From a virus (lineage: Duplodnaviria > Caudoviricetes): a DNA stretch of 57,060 bases. The notes under the pieces are model-generated. The model did not search any database, was not told where the DNA came from, and saw nothing but the letters and a program-made list of their open reading frames with translations. The position numbers and the translations under genes are program-made. This document shows positions 8,671 to 18,680 of this stretch, piece after piece. Numbering within the stretch: the first letter of the stretch is position 1; each line of letters opens with the position of its first letter. The stretch lies in IMG/VR virus record IMGVR_UViG_3300019093_000011, positions 1 to 57,060 of that record; one strand, given 5' to 3'.

Positions 8671-9856
8671 TTAACTTTAGGTGAGGTATAATATTTAAAG
8701 AATCAGTTCCTCTAATGGAATCTAATTGTTTTGCATAATATACTGCCTTCTGAAATTCAGTAGGATCAGATATTTGATTCAAATTTTTATTAATACTGTC
8801 AAACATATTATCTGTTAATTTATTTTTGATTAACCAAACTTTGTGTATGTCATATAATGTTTTAAATTCTTCTTTAACTGTATCAGGAACATGATGCATT
8901 TGCAAATGATGTGGGAATGCAAGAATATTAAGTTGCCATTGATTAGGTAAAATTTTAGCATGATCATATAACAATCGTTGAGTTTCAAATAAGTTTAAAA
9001 TATTAAACACACTAACAGTAGGGGTAATCTGAATATTAATTGTAGGACATTTGGTTTTTATTAAATTCAAGTTGTATAATAAACGTTCCCATTTTTGCCC
9101 CCATCTGATCCATTCGCCTACTTCTTTGCAGCCGTCTACACTAACCAACAAGGTAATATTTTTAAATTTAGTCCATAGATCTATTACATGTTGTCCCTTA
9201 AATTCTAATTCACTTAAATTAGTTGTATAGTTAATAGATTGATTAGTTTTATTATGTTCAATCCAATAATTCATAATTTTCCAATGATCTTCCATTAATA
9301 ATGGTTCACCACCAGCAAAGTTAACATTAGCCACTGTCATTAAATATGGTTGTAATTGTTCCCATACATCTAATCTAAGATTTTCTTCATGGTAAACTAT
9401 TTTTTGTAGTTTTTTCCAATCATTAACCCATTTACTACTAAACGTAGGACTACATGTTACACATGCAAAATTGCAAAGATTGCTATATCTAATATCTAAA
9501 TATCTTAATTGAAAATCGTCAACTCCACCGTCACTATTAGTCATTGATGTGATTTCTTTCCAATCCAAATAATATTTAAATCCATCAGTTCTCATTGAGG
9601 GCTGTCCCAATGATTCTAATTTATAACATTTTTCACATCCAGAAGTTTCTTTTCCTTCAATCATGTTTTTACGAATAGTTTTTATTAAAGGACTATTGAT
9701 AGTATCATTTATAGAATTATTTTTTATGTTGCCGATTGGTTGTTCACAATCAAACATACAACACGGAAATGCTTTACCATCAGCCCATGCATGTAAATGT
9801 ATCCACGGATAGACACATAACGTATTATTAGAGATAGTGTTGTTTAAGGATGTCAT
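8666..9856 (-). CDS. Radical SAM enzyme with N-terminal twitch/SPASM domain (rSAM-1)
   Basis: CVYPW...PCC...CEKC, then CNFACVTC and FAGGEP. ATG 9856 preferred to 9904 to limit overlap. Confidence 0.9.
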   Translation of the reverse strand: MTSLNNTISNNTLCVYPWIHLHAWADGKAFPCCMFDCEQPIGNIKNNSINDTINSPLIKTIRKNMIEGKETSGCEKCYKLESLGQPSMRTDGFKYYLDWKEITSMTNSDGGVDDFQLRYLDIRYSNLCNFACVTCSPTFSSKWVNDWKKLQKIVYHEENLRLDVWEQLQPYLMTVANVNFAGGEPLLMEDHWKIMNYWIEHNKTNQSINYTTNLSELEFKGQHVIDLWTKFKNITLLVSVDGCKEVGEWIRWGQKWERLLYNLNLIKTKCPTINIQITPTVSVFNILNLFETQRLLYDHAKILPNQWQLNILAFPHHLQMHHVPDTVKEEFKTLYDIHKVWLIKNKLTDNMFDSINKNLNQISDPTEFQKAVYYAKQLDSIRGTDSLNIIPHLKLI

Positions 9857-10997
9857 ACCATTCAGGGAACGTTGCGGGGAAACTTTCTTTTCTATATGTA
9901 TCATGTTCTTGAACCTTCTTCAAAAACAATTTTATTTTATTTGGATTAGGGTTGCTTCCAATAAAATTTAAAATATTTAATATATCTGAATTTTTATCTT
10001 TTACGTGATCAAGTTTTTTTAATAATATTTCTTTTATTTTAGGATCTAAAGCATCAACACTATACTCGTTTGGAGAATGTAATATATTATACCAAACACT
10101 ACACCCTAAGTTATCCATAATTTCTGTAGTAATTTCATCTAGATAAAAAACATTAAAATTACTAATAGTAGCGTTTGTTGTTAGTTTAATCCATTTGACT
10201 TGTTGTAATAACTCGATATTGTTTTTTATTATTTCCCATTTATTAGGATGGCGTTGATAATTATGACGTTCATTAATGTCATCTACACTAATTTGTAAAT
10301 CAACTAATTTAAATTTTTCCCATAATGCTAATTGTTCTTGATTAGGAATAATTGTTCCATTTGTGTTATAATGAATCTTTTGATTTTTACTATACCCCTT
10401 TTCAACACTAAGTTTTAATATATTCCACACGTTTTCAATAAGCAATGGTTCTCCACCATATAAATCAAAAGATTCAATATTTGGTAATACTTCTAATAAC
10501 TCATCCCAAATTTTCTCTCCTGTATTCCATGATTGACGTTGAATTTTGAATGTATTTTTAAATTGTTGAATAGATTCTGTTCTACCACTAACGGTAAACC
10601 ATTCGTTTTCCCATTTACTACTATTCCACGGGTTGCAAATTCTGCATTTCAAATTGCAAAGGTTTCCCATTTTTAAATCTATGTTCTTTAAAATAATGTC
10701 AGGTTTATATTGCAAAGTAAGTTGCGTTTTGCTATCACGTACTCGTTTACTTTCTTTCCCAGCTCGTTCCTCATCCCAACAAAAATTACAAGCAGGATGT
10801 TGAACACCATCCATCAATGAATCACGCAAAGAATTCATCCAGTCACTATTAAATGCTGAATCAATTGAGTTAATTGGAACTGATTCAGATATAATTGATT
10901 GGTTACTCATGCAACAGGGTTTATAACTACGTTGGTCACCTGTACTATCTATGCTTAAAGAATTAAACGGATGAATACAAAAAGTATTAATATGCAT
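9828..10997 (-). CDS. Radical SAM enzyme with N-terminal twitch domain (rSAM-2)
   Basis: CIHPF...PCC...CNFC; CNLKCRIC; YGGEP. Confidence 0.9.
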   Translation of the reverse strand: MHINTFCIHPFNSLSIDSTGDQRSYKPCCMSNQSIISESVPINSIDSAFNSDWMNSLRDSLMDGVQHPACNFCWDEERAGKESKRVRDSKTQLTLQYKPDIILKNIDLKMGNLCNLKCRICNPWNSSKWENEWFTVSGRTESIQQFKNTFKIQRQSWNTGEKIWDELLEVLPNIESFDLYGGEPLLIENVWNILKLSVEKGYSKNQKIHYNTNGTIIPNQEQLALWEKFKLVDLQISVDDINERHNYQRHPNKWEIIKNNIELLQQVKWIKLTTNATISNFNVFYLDEITTEIMDNLGCSVWYNILHSPNEYSVDALDPKIKEILLKKLDHVKDKNSDILNILNFIGSNPNPNKIKLFLKKVQEHDTYRKESFPATFPEWYDILKQHYL

Positions 10998-12210
10998 TAT
11001 ACCATTCCTCAAACCATGGATGTAAGTCTAGCAAAGATTGCTTTCTGCTGTTATCCATATATTTCATACGTTCAATAAATGCTTGTTGTATTTCTACAGT
11101 AGGGTCTTCAGCATTGTATATTTTTTCAAAAGTATGTAATGTGGTAGGTGGAATATATCTAGAATTTTTAGAATCGTTGTATATATTCATGGCATTTTTT
11201 GAAAACACTTTACGAACAGAATGTGGCAATACCCATGGACTCATTGAGTTTGGATAATCAACATTTATATACATCATACTTATTTTCAAATCTTGAACTA
11301 TTATTTCAACTGACCGTTCTACATTCGGCATTGTAAGATTGCTTAATGTTTGGTGTACGCCAATTTGTCGACTTGTTGGGTTTTCATTTCCCCAAATTTT
11401 TAATTCTTTTAAATTATTGTAAATCTTATCCCACTTAGCAGGCCAACGAACATATTCATAAAATCCTTCAACGCCATCAATACTGGCATTAACTTGTACA
11501 GATTTAAATTTATCCCAAGTATTATACCAACGGGTGCCAATAGTTGTTATGTTGGTATTGTATTGTAGTTTAATATTTTTTGCAACGTCCAGTTCAATGA
11601 GTAAGTCTAGCAATTCTGCTTGTTCAGGTATGATTAACGGCTCTCCGCCTAGAAGATGTATATGTTTTATAGTTGATGCATTTGCACGTACTAAATCAAA
11701 AAATCTACTATTAGTTAACCATGATTCGGGCTTTATTGTAATTGCATTATTTTTAAATTTATTATATTCTTCTGCAAACAAACTACTAGAATGAGGTCCA
11801 CACATCCTACATGCCAAATTACATTTAGTACCTAAATCAATTTCTAATTTTTCTATTACAGGGGAATGGTCTCCGTTTAATATTTTTTCATACCGTTCCT
11901 CTGAATATTTGGCGTAGTGGGGGGTTATAGACATTTGTCTATAGCTATGCTGCCCAATATTTTCTAATTCCCAACATCTATCACATTCGGAAATTCGTTC
12001 ATTATTTAATAAACTTTTACGGATTCTTTCAAGAGCAGTTCCGTTTAACCAATTAATATCCGTACGTTCAGTAACATAAGGCGGGCTATCCTTCCCATTT
12101 AAACCATTATTAGAATTACAACATAATCGTTGACTGCCGTCTGAACCAATACTTAGTGAGTTAAAAGGCAATACACATATCGAATTGTTTTTCATATCGT
12201 ATTTCATCAT
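10987..12210 (-). CDS. Radical SAM enzyme with N-terminal twitch domain (rSAM-3)
   Basis: CVLPF...LCC...CDRC; CNLACRMC; LGGEP. Start taken at the ATGA overlap. Confidence 0.9.
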   Translation of the reverse strand: MMKYDMKNNSICVLPFNSLSIGSDGSQRLCCNSNNGLNGKDSPPYVTERTDINWLNGTALERIRKSLLNNERISECDRCWELENIGQHSYRQMSITPHYAKYSEERYEKILNGDHSPVIEKLEIDLGTKCNLACRMCGPHSSSLFAEEYNKFKNNAITIKPESWLTNSRFFDLVRANASTIKHIHLLGGEPLIIPEQAELLDLLIELDVAKNIKLQYNTNITTIGTRWYNTWDKFKSVQVNASIDGVEGFYEYVRWPAKWDKIYNNLKELKIWGNENPTSRQIGVHQTLSNLTMPNVERSVEIIVQDLKISMMYINVDYPNSMSPWVLPHSVRKVFSKNAMNIYNDSKNSRYIPPTTLHTFEKIYNAEDPTVEIQQAFIERMKYMDNSRKQSLLDLHPWFEEWYNAY

Positions 12211-13595
12211 ATGTTTTTGCACTCATTAATAAATTCTATATACTCTGGAAATACTAAATTGAAATCAGTTTTTCTACGACGGTCGTGCTCTATAAAAAAT
12301 GCTGCAAAATCAGATTTTGCATTTGCTAGCTCATCATCAAACAATTTGTATTGCTTCATAGAAGATAATACACGTTCTAATCTTTCAACTTCAACTTTAG
12401 TGAACCCTGTATAATTTTCAGTTATATTTGACTTCATAAATTTAATATCTTCTTCTAAATATTTTTGAAAACTATCAGGCAATATATTAATGGTCCAATG
12501 TGCTGGTTCTTTTAAATGAGGCGTACAAAAATCTATCCGTTGTTGTGTCTGACTAAATTCTTGACGCCATTCTAAAATTTTTTCTAATAACGATCTAAAA
12601 GAAGCGACCGCTAAATTATTGTAAGTAATCATAATTTCTATACTAGCATCAACATTTTTAAAATCATATAATATAGTTTTGAAATTTTCTTCCCATATGC
12701 TACAATCTAAACCAAATCTAATATATTCTGCTGGTGCTCCCCATGTATCTAAACTTACATGCATACGGAAATTTTTGATACATTTAGTTTGAAGTAAATA
12801 TTGAACTTTCTTCCCTAAACGTTGAATCAATGCAGGTTTCACTCCCAAATTACTGTTAACTAACAATGTCATATTAGGGCAGGGATCTTTTTCTAATTTA
12901 TCTAATAATTGCCAAGTATTCTGATTTAGCATAGGCTCTCCGCCAGTGATGCGTAACGTTTGCAAATTTAATTTAAGTGTCGGCCACCATTGCCAAAATG
13001 CTTTTACGTATGGATTATTTTCATCATTGCTTTCGTAGTATTCTCTATCTTTAAGAAAATCTATACTGTATTGTTTACTTTTTATAGGGTAATCACCATG
13101 CTCTTTTATTTCTTCAATCCAAGAATTACTTACTGTTGGGGTACAATATCCGCATTTAAAATTACACACATTTCCAAAATTAACTTCAATCAATTTAGGG
13201 TCATAATTTGCATCCCATGGTAATTTTTTAATAATATTATAATCATCACCATTCATTGCTGGTTGAACATGGGTTGTTGTATGATGACTACTATGAATAA
13301 CTCTATCAGATAGATGACCAGTGTCTTCCACTTTCCAACAATAATGGCATTCTTGCGGTCTACCGCCCTCTAACATTATTTTTCTCTGTTCTTTTTTATA
13401 TTGTGTATTATGTAACCCACTAGGATTATTTTCAATATCGGCGGGCTGTATTTTATGAGGGAACGGGTGATAGCAACTGTGATTATCCCCAGATTGCAAA
13501 TACAATGTTTGTTGAGTCCATTTTAATAAACAAAATCCAGGGCCAACTTTATCCAATTGTAATTTAGTTTCATTAATGTGTTCAATAGAATTCAT
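12207..13595 (-). CDS. Radical SAM enzyme with N-terminal SCYHP-type twitch domain (rSAM-4)
   Basis: FCLLKW...SCYHP...CHYCW; CNFKCGYC; TGGEP. Confidence 0.9.
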   Translation of the reverse strand: MNSIEHINETKLQLDKVGPGFCLLKWTQQTLYLQSGDNHSCYHPFPHKIQPADIENNPSGLHNTQYKKEQRKIMLEGGRPQECHYCWKVEDTGHLSDRVIHSSHHTTTHVQPAMNGDDYNIIKKLPWDANYDPKLIEVNFGNVCNFKCGYCTPTVSNSWIEEIKEHGDYPIKSKQYSIDFLKDREYYESNDENNPYVKAFWQWWPTLKLNLQTLRITGGEPMLNQNTWQLLDKLEKDPCPNMTLLVNSNLGVKPALIQRLGKKVQYLLQTKCIKNFRMHVSLDTWGAPAEYIRFGLDCSIWEENFKTILYDFKNVDASIEIMITYNNLAVASFRSLLEKILEWRQEFSQTQQRIDFCTPHLKEPAHWTINILPDSFQKYLEEDIKFMKSNITENYTGFTKVEVERLERVLSSMKQYKLFDDELANAKSDFAAFFIEHDRRRKTDFNLVFPEYIEFINECKNI

Positions 13596-14863
13596 ATTAA
13601 TTTAGCATCTTCTGCATTAGGGTTTCCTAACTCACCGTTATCTAGTTTATTCCATTCTTTCCCACAACACGAAGTACATTGTTTACTACGCATATTATGA
13701 TCTAATTCAAATGAACGTGGTAGCAAGCGTTGATATAAATCACTTTCAATAATAGAGGATAAACTATGATTATGTAAATCAATTGATTTCCTGCCTCCAT
13801 ATAATTCCAACATTTTCATAAAGGAATCGTCACTTTTTATTGATGGTAAGGTTGGTGAATTGCCTCCAATAAATCTATTAGGTTCCCCACCTAAAAAACA
13901 GCAAGGATATACTTCACCTTCTGCACTTACAAAAATTTCATCATTGTAACCGTATCCGCCCTTTTTAAAGTCAATAGCCCTGCAAGCAATTTCTATTTTT
14001 TTAAAATTAATTTCTATTGAATTGCCAGTTTTAGGATCAAATTCTCTATACATATCAGAATTTTCTCCATTAACAGACGGATACATTGCATCAAATTCTT
14101 CGTTAGAAATATAATTAGGAACAATACCGATAATCTTCTTTAAAGTATCAGCATTGTTATTTCGTAACGATTCATCTGTTGGTTGTTGTAATAGATAATT
14201 ACTGTTTTTATCTGGCACTACGTAATACCCTAATCCGGCTGAATCATAATTACTCCATCTAGTTGTTTTTTTAACGTTGAAAGTTGTAAATCCCATTTCT
14301 TTAGCCATTTGCCTAGCAGTATCAATTTGATGTGCGTTATGTCTGAATGCAAGGTAGTCCCAATGAGCCACTCCCCCAGCTTCTCTAAATGCCTTCATGT
14401 TTGCTAATATTTTATTAAAATTTGTATTTCTTCTGTATAGATGATTAGTATCTTCTAGCCCGTCAACGCTGAATACGCAATAATCTCCTCGTCTTTGCCC
14501 GTTCATTAATAATCCTAACTCATAGAACCATTCAGGAGATCTAGCACTGGCATTTGTATGCATTACTAATGCCATATTAGAATTGTTTTCTCTTAAATAT
14601 TTATAAATTGGTAAAGTATCTTTAGCGGCGATGGGATCACCATAATTTCCACAGGCATATAATTTCTTTAATTGCGATACAAATGCAGGATCGAACCATT
14701 TTATAAAATCATTATATTTAATATCTGTTTCTACAAGATTAGGATTCAAATCAGCACCAGAGTTAATATACCTAGGACACATAGGGCAGCCTGCATTACA
14801 CCTATTAGTAATTTCTAAATGTATTCCATTAATTTCTTTATATGACCATAGTCCGTTATTCAT
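13592..14863 (-). CDS. Radical SAM enzyme with C-terminal twitch/SPASM domain (rSAM-5)
   Basis: N-terminal CNAGCPMC and GNYGDP; C-terminal IAC...GEVYPCC...CTSCC. Confidence 0.9.
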   Translation of the reverse strand: MNNGLWSYKEINGIHLEITNRCNAGCPMCPRYINSGADLNPNLVETDIKYNDFIKWFDPAFVSQLKKLYACGNYGDPIAAKDTLPIYKYLRENNSNMALVMHTNASARSPEWFYELGLLMNGQRRGDYCVFSVDGLEDTNHLYRRNTNFNKILANMKAFREAGGVAHWDYLAFRHNAHQIDTARQMAKEMGFTTFNVKKTTRWSNYDSAGLGYYVVPDKNSNYLLQQPTDESLRNNNADTLKKIIGIVPNYISNEEFDAMYPSVNGENSDMYREFDPKTGNSIEINFKKIEIACRAIDFKKGGYGYNDEIFVSAEGEVYPCCFLGGEPNRFIGGNSPTLPSIKSDDSFMKMLELYGGRKSIDLHNHSLSSIIESDLYQRLLPRSFELDHNMRSKQCTSCCGKEWNKLDNGELGNPNAEDAKLI

Positions 14864-15687
14864 AGATAAGTTTCCTTGTTGTTTAACGTTTGTGCAATTT
14901 GCTGTGCAAACACTTCATGTGTTTCATTATCAAAATGTCTATCTGGAAGATAATTTATTGCACGCATGATACATTTAGGATCTATATTTAATATATTACT
15001 TCCTATAACTAATTCAGAAAATGCTAGATTATCAATTATGTTTAACTTTCGCATCTGATTCCATATAGAAATTGTCAAGAATTCGGGAGCAGCAATTATT
15101 GGGAAAGACCCTGTAAATGATTTAACCACGTTGTTCAATAAGGCAACTTCTAGCAACCATTTAATCAATAAATCCTGATCAGTAAATATTAAGATTGATT
15201 CCCTTATAATAGGTGCCAGTTTAGTACTATAATGATCATGCCCCAATACAGTCGATTCTATCCACGCACGATGGTCTCCGTCCAAAAATGATTTATTTTT
15301 GGCATGAATAGTATTAGTAATTGTGGTTAATCTAGTAGTCTCAGTTAGCATTATTATTACTTTTTTTGGAGTAATGCCCTCCATCTGTAATTTTGTTAAA
15401 TCAAGCATCGTTCGATATAATATCGAACCCATACTACTGCCGCCTTCTGCTGCATTAATTATTTCTATACCTAATATTTTGCTTAGGCGCGCTGGCCAAC
15501 TAAGTTCTTTGTTTCTTACGTTGTACATTGAACAAATTTTAGGATCTTGAATTACATTAAATCGAACTTTGTTAAAATAATCTTTTGTTGAAATATTATT
15601 TTTATTATATTTTTCAAAATCAGGCACAAACTCATGATCTGCTAATCCTATGCCAGCAGTAAAACTATCACCATTAACATAAATCAT
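14860..15687 (-). CDS. SGNH/GDSL-fold esterase or acyltransferase
   Basis: NGDSFT (block I), INAAEGGSS (block II), DRHF (DxH). Start set at MIYVNGDS. Confidence 0.7.
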   Translation of the reverse strand: MIYVNGDSFTAGIGLADHEFVPDFEKYNKNNISTKDYFNKVRFNVIQDPKICSMYNVRNKELSWPARLSKILGIEIINAAEGGSSMGSILYRTMLDLTKLQMEGITPKKVIIMLTETTRLTTITNTIHAKNKSFLDGDHRAWIESTVLGHDHYSTKLAPIIRESILIFTDQDLLIKWLLEVALLNNVVKSFTGSFPIIAAPEFLTISIWNQMRKLNIIDNLAFSELVIGSNILNIDPKCIMRAINYLPDRHFDNETHEVFAQQIAQTLNNKETYL

Positions 15688-17107
15688 GTTTTTTTCTTTC
15701 ATATGTTTCATAAGTTTCTTTACATAATTTAGCAAATGATTCATACAACGGAAAAGTTTTAATTAAATCAAGTTTACTTCTCTTATCATATTCAGTAAAG
15801 AAAACATGAAAATCTCTTCGTCCGCGGGTAATTAAATCTTCTGTGATTTTTGGGCCGCCCTCATTGAAGTAATCCATAACACGTTTAAATTTTTCAATTT
15901 CAACGTTGGCAAATTTAGTTGGATCATAATTGTCACCTTGACAGTTTAACCGCATAAATTCTAAATCATCTTCTAAATATTTACCAAAAGAATCTTTTGG
16001 TAAAATATTGATCATCCAGTGTGGAGGTTCTTTTAAGTATGGGGTATCAAATGTGATTCTTTGCCAATTATTGGTACTATATTTGGCACGTAACTCAAGT
16101 ATCTTTTCTAGTAATGGACGAAAGTATGCTACGCATAATATATTATAAGTGATCATAAACCCAATTTGAGAATTAGGTAGCAATGTCAAAAATTTATTTA
16201 AATTAGTTTCCCATAATTTACAATCAAGTCCTCGACGCATGTATTCTGCTTGCTCGCCCCAACTGTCTATACTGGTAAACATCTTAAATCCTTTAATCTT
16301 TCCAAGAGCTAACAGTTTTTTAACTTGAGTAATCATTCTCTCTACTCTAGAAGTAGCAACCCCTAAATTACTATTAATTATTAAAATTAAATTAGGGGCT
16401 GGTTCTTCCTCTAATTTATCTAATAATTTAAAAGTACTAGGATGCATTAATGCTTCACCACCGGTTAAGCGCAGTACTCTTAGATCATTACGTAAACTAG
16501 GCCACCATTCCCAAAATGCAGCAACATAGGGATTATTTTCATCATCAGGATAATAACTACCACTATCTAAAAATTCAATCCCATACTGATTATATGTTAA
16601 ATCGTAATTACCCTTCTTTTTAATTTCTTCAATCCATAGAGTACTGGACTGCGGGCAACAATATCCACAATTAAAATTACAGTTGTTACTGAAACTCATT
16701 TCTAAATAATAAGGATTATAATTTTTATCCCATGGTTGATTTTTTATTAATTCAATTTCTTTATCAATGTCTTGTAGCCATTCACTTGAATTATGCAATG
16801 CTCTATCACTAAAATGTTCGCCGGTCAAATCCTCTATATTCCAACAATAATAACATTCATCAGGGCGATTGCCTTCTAGCATAGTTTTTCGTTGTTCTTT
16901 TTTCCATTTAGTATTATGTAAAGCTGATACATCAACTTTTATTTCTTCTAAAGGTACTTTATTTGGCCTTGGATGATAACATGAATGATTATCCCCGGTA
17001 TGTAAGTATAAAGTCTCATGTCTCCATTTCTGGAGGCAAAATCCTTTGCCAACTGCATTTAATTTTTCTTTAACTGATCTTAATTTATTGATATAATTGT
17101 CGTTCAT
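15674..17107 (-). CDS. Radical SAM enzyme with N-terminal SCYHP-type twitch domain (rSAM-6)
   Basis: FCLQKW...SCYHP...CYYCW; CNFNCGYC; TGGEA. Clear paralogue of rSAM-4. Confidence 0.9.
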   Translation of the reverse strand: MNDNYINKLRSVKEKLNAVGKGFCLQKWRHETLYLHTGDNHSCYHPRPNKVPLEEIKVDVSALHNTKWKKEQRKTMLEGNRPDECYYCWNIEDLTGEHFSDRALHNSSEWLQDIDKEIELIKNQPWDKNYNPYYLEMSFSNNCNFNCGYCCPQSSTLWIEEIKKKGNYDLTYNQYGIEFLDSGSYYPDDENNPYVAAFWEWWPSLRNDLRVLRLTGGEALMHPSTFKLLDKLEEEPAPNLILIINSNLGVATSRVERMITQVKKLLALGKIKGFKMFTSIDSWGEQAEYMRRGLDCKLWETNLNKFLTLLPNSQIGFMITYNILCVAYFRPLLEKILELRAKYSTNNWQRITFDTPYLKEPPHWMINILPKDSFGKYLEDDLEFMRLNCQGDNYDPTKFANVEIEKFKRVMDYFNEGGPKITEDLITRGRRDFHVFFTEYDKRSKLDLIKTFPLYESFAKLCKETYETYERKKHDLC

Positions 17108-17108
17108 T

Positions 17109-18674
17109 TTAAAAATCTTTATTATAAATTACGTTACACTCTTCTAAATAAAACTTTAACTCAGGGAAAATTTCATTAAAATTTTTATTCTTTCTTTTAT
17201 CATATTCAGTGATGAATAAGTAAAAATTCAGTTTATTTATTCTCTTAATCTGCTCTGGCAAGTCGTCCTCCATAATAGCTAAATCTCTTTTTAATTTTAA
17301 AATTTCATAAGGTTTGAACCCTTCAAGAGTCTCACTATAATTTTCATCTTGAACATTATCTTCCATAAATTTAATGCATTTTTTAACTTGGTCAATACCA
17401 TATTTTCCAGCATTTTGAACACTAAGCCAGTCTGGTTTATATAATATAGGCACATCAAACCATATTCTTTGAAATTTTCTTCTTAGAATAGGAGGATGAT
17501 CTATTCCATGACTTGGTGGGGAATTAACAAATTTTTCCTTTTGTGTTCTCCCGCCAAACTCTCTTCTTAATTCTAAAATTAATTCTAAAAAATTTTGTAA
17601 TTTTGGTATACTTAAAATATTTAAAGTATTAATAAAGCTAACAGTGGTATACTCTGTTTCATTTAAAAATCTTCTTAGATTTTTTAAAAGAGTTGGATAA
17701 CTTAATCCAGATCTTATATATTCTGCTTGCTCAGCTACAGAGTCTAAACTAATATATAACCAGAAATGTTTAAAGCCCTTATCCACATAGCAATGATTAC
17801 CGCTATGCTCGTTAAAATTATCTTTGTCCTCATAAGTGCGGATAGCTTCAATTGCTTGCACTTTACTAATAAATCGATCAAACAATTTAGGATCTGGCGG
17901 ACACATATTACTGGTAATACTTAGTTCTAATTGTCCGTGAGGATTTTCATTCACGTAGTCCAATACCTTGAATGTATTTTTATCCATCAATGGCTCGCCA
18001 CCGGTCATACGAAACACCCGCAGATTACGATATATCTCTGGCCACCAACGCCAAAAAGCTTCAACATATGGATTTTCTTTATTAGACAACTTTAATGGCA
18101 TAAGACCTTTTCTTTCTAAAGCTTCCAAATTATTATGAGTTTTAAATCCAGTTTCAGAATATATTTCATATGGTCCAAATTGCTTTATTTCATCTTCCCA
18201 AGTGGTACTAAGATGGGGACTACAATACATACATTTAAAATTACAACTTTGATTAAAGTTAACTTCTACATATCTAGGCTTTATGTTTTCATCTAAAGGA
18301 TTTTGTACAATTTTATCAAAATCTGGGTGTGCCCACCATTCACTACTTCTATAATGTCTATCACTCAAATGACTTTCATCATTTTCACTTTTGGCGTCTT
18401 CAATTTTCCAACAATAAGAACATCCATCTGGTCGTTCTCCAGAAATCATCTGTTTTCTATCGTGTAATTTAATTACAGTATTATGCAAAGCGCCTGGATT
18501 TTTATCTAAATTCTCCAAAGGTATCCTGTGTGTGGGAGGATGGTAACAACTTTGAGTTAACCCTTGTGGTAAATGCAAACTTACCTGTGACCATTTAGCT
18601 AAACAAAATGATGGACTTATTTCGTTTAACTTTTGTCTCATTAATTTTGCATGATTGTGATATTCACTAGACAT
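17109..18674 (-). CDS. Radical SAM enzyme with N-terminal SCYHP-type twitch domain (rSAM-7)
   Basis: FCLAKW...SCYHP...CSYCW; CNFKCMYC; TGGEP. Confidence 0.9.
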   Translation of the reverse strand: MSSEYHNHAKLMRQKLNEISPSFCLAKWSQVSLHLPQGLTQSCYHPPTHRIPLENLDKNPGALHNTVIKLHDRKQMISGERPDGCSYCWKIEDAKSENDESHLSDRHYRSSEWWAHPDFDKIVQNPLDENIKPRYVEVNFNQSCNFKCMYCSPHLSTTWEDEIKQFGPYEIYSETGFKTHNNLEALERKGLMPLKLSNKENPYVEAFWRWWPEIYRNLRVFRMTGGEPLMDKNTFKVLDYVNENPHGQLELSITSNMCPPDPKLFDRFISKVQAIEAIRTYEDKDNFNEHSGNHCYVDKGFKHFWLYISLDSVAEQAEYIRSGLSYPTLLKNLRRFLNETEYTTVSFINTLNILSIPKLQNFLELILELRREFGGRTQKEKFVNSPPSHGIDHPPILRRKFQRIWFDVPILYKPDWLSVQNAGKYGIDQVKKCIKFMEDNVQDENYSETLEGFKPYEILKLKRDLAIMEDDLPEQIKRINKLNFYLFITEYDKRKNKNFNEIFPELKFYLEECNVIYNKDF

Positions 18675-18680
18675 TTAAAT

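Noticed and set aside
8666-18674. RiPP cluster with a precursor peptide for the SPASM-like enzymes
   Set aside because: The genes overlap or abut, leaving no room for a small precursor ORF. I saw no RRE/PqqD domain, peptidase or transporter. A precursor elsewhere in the genome cannot be excluded.
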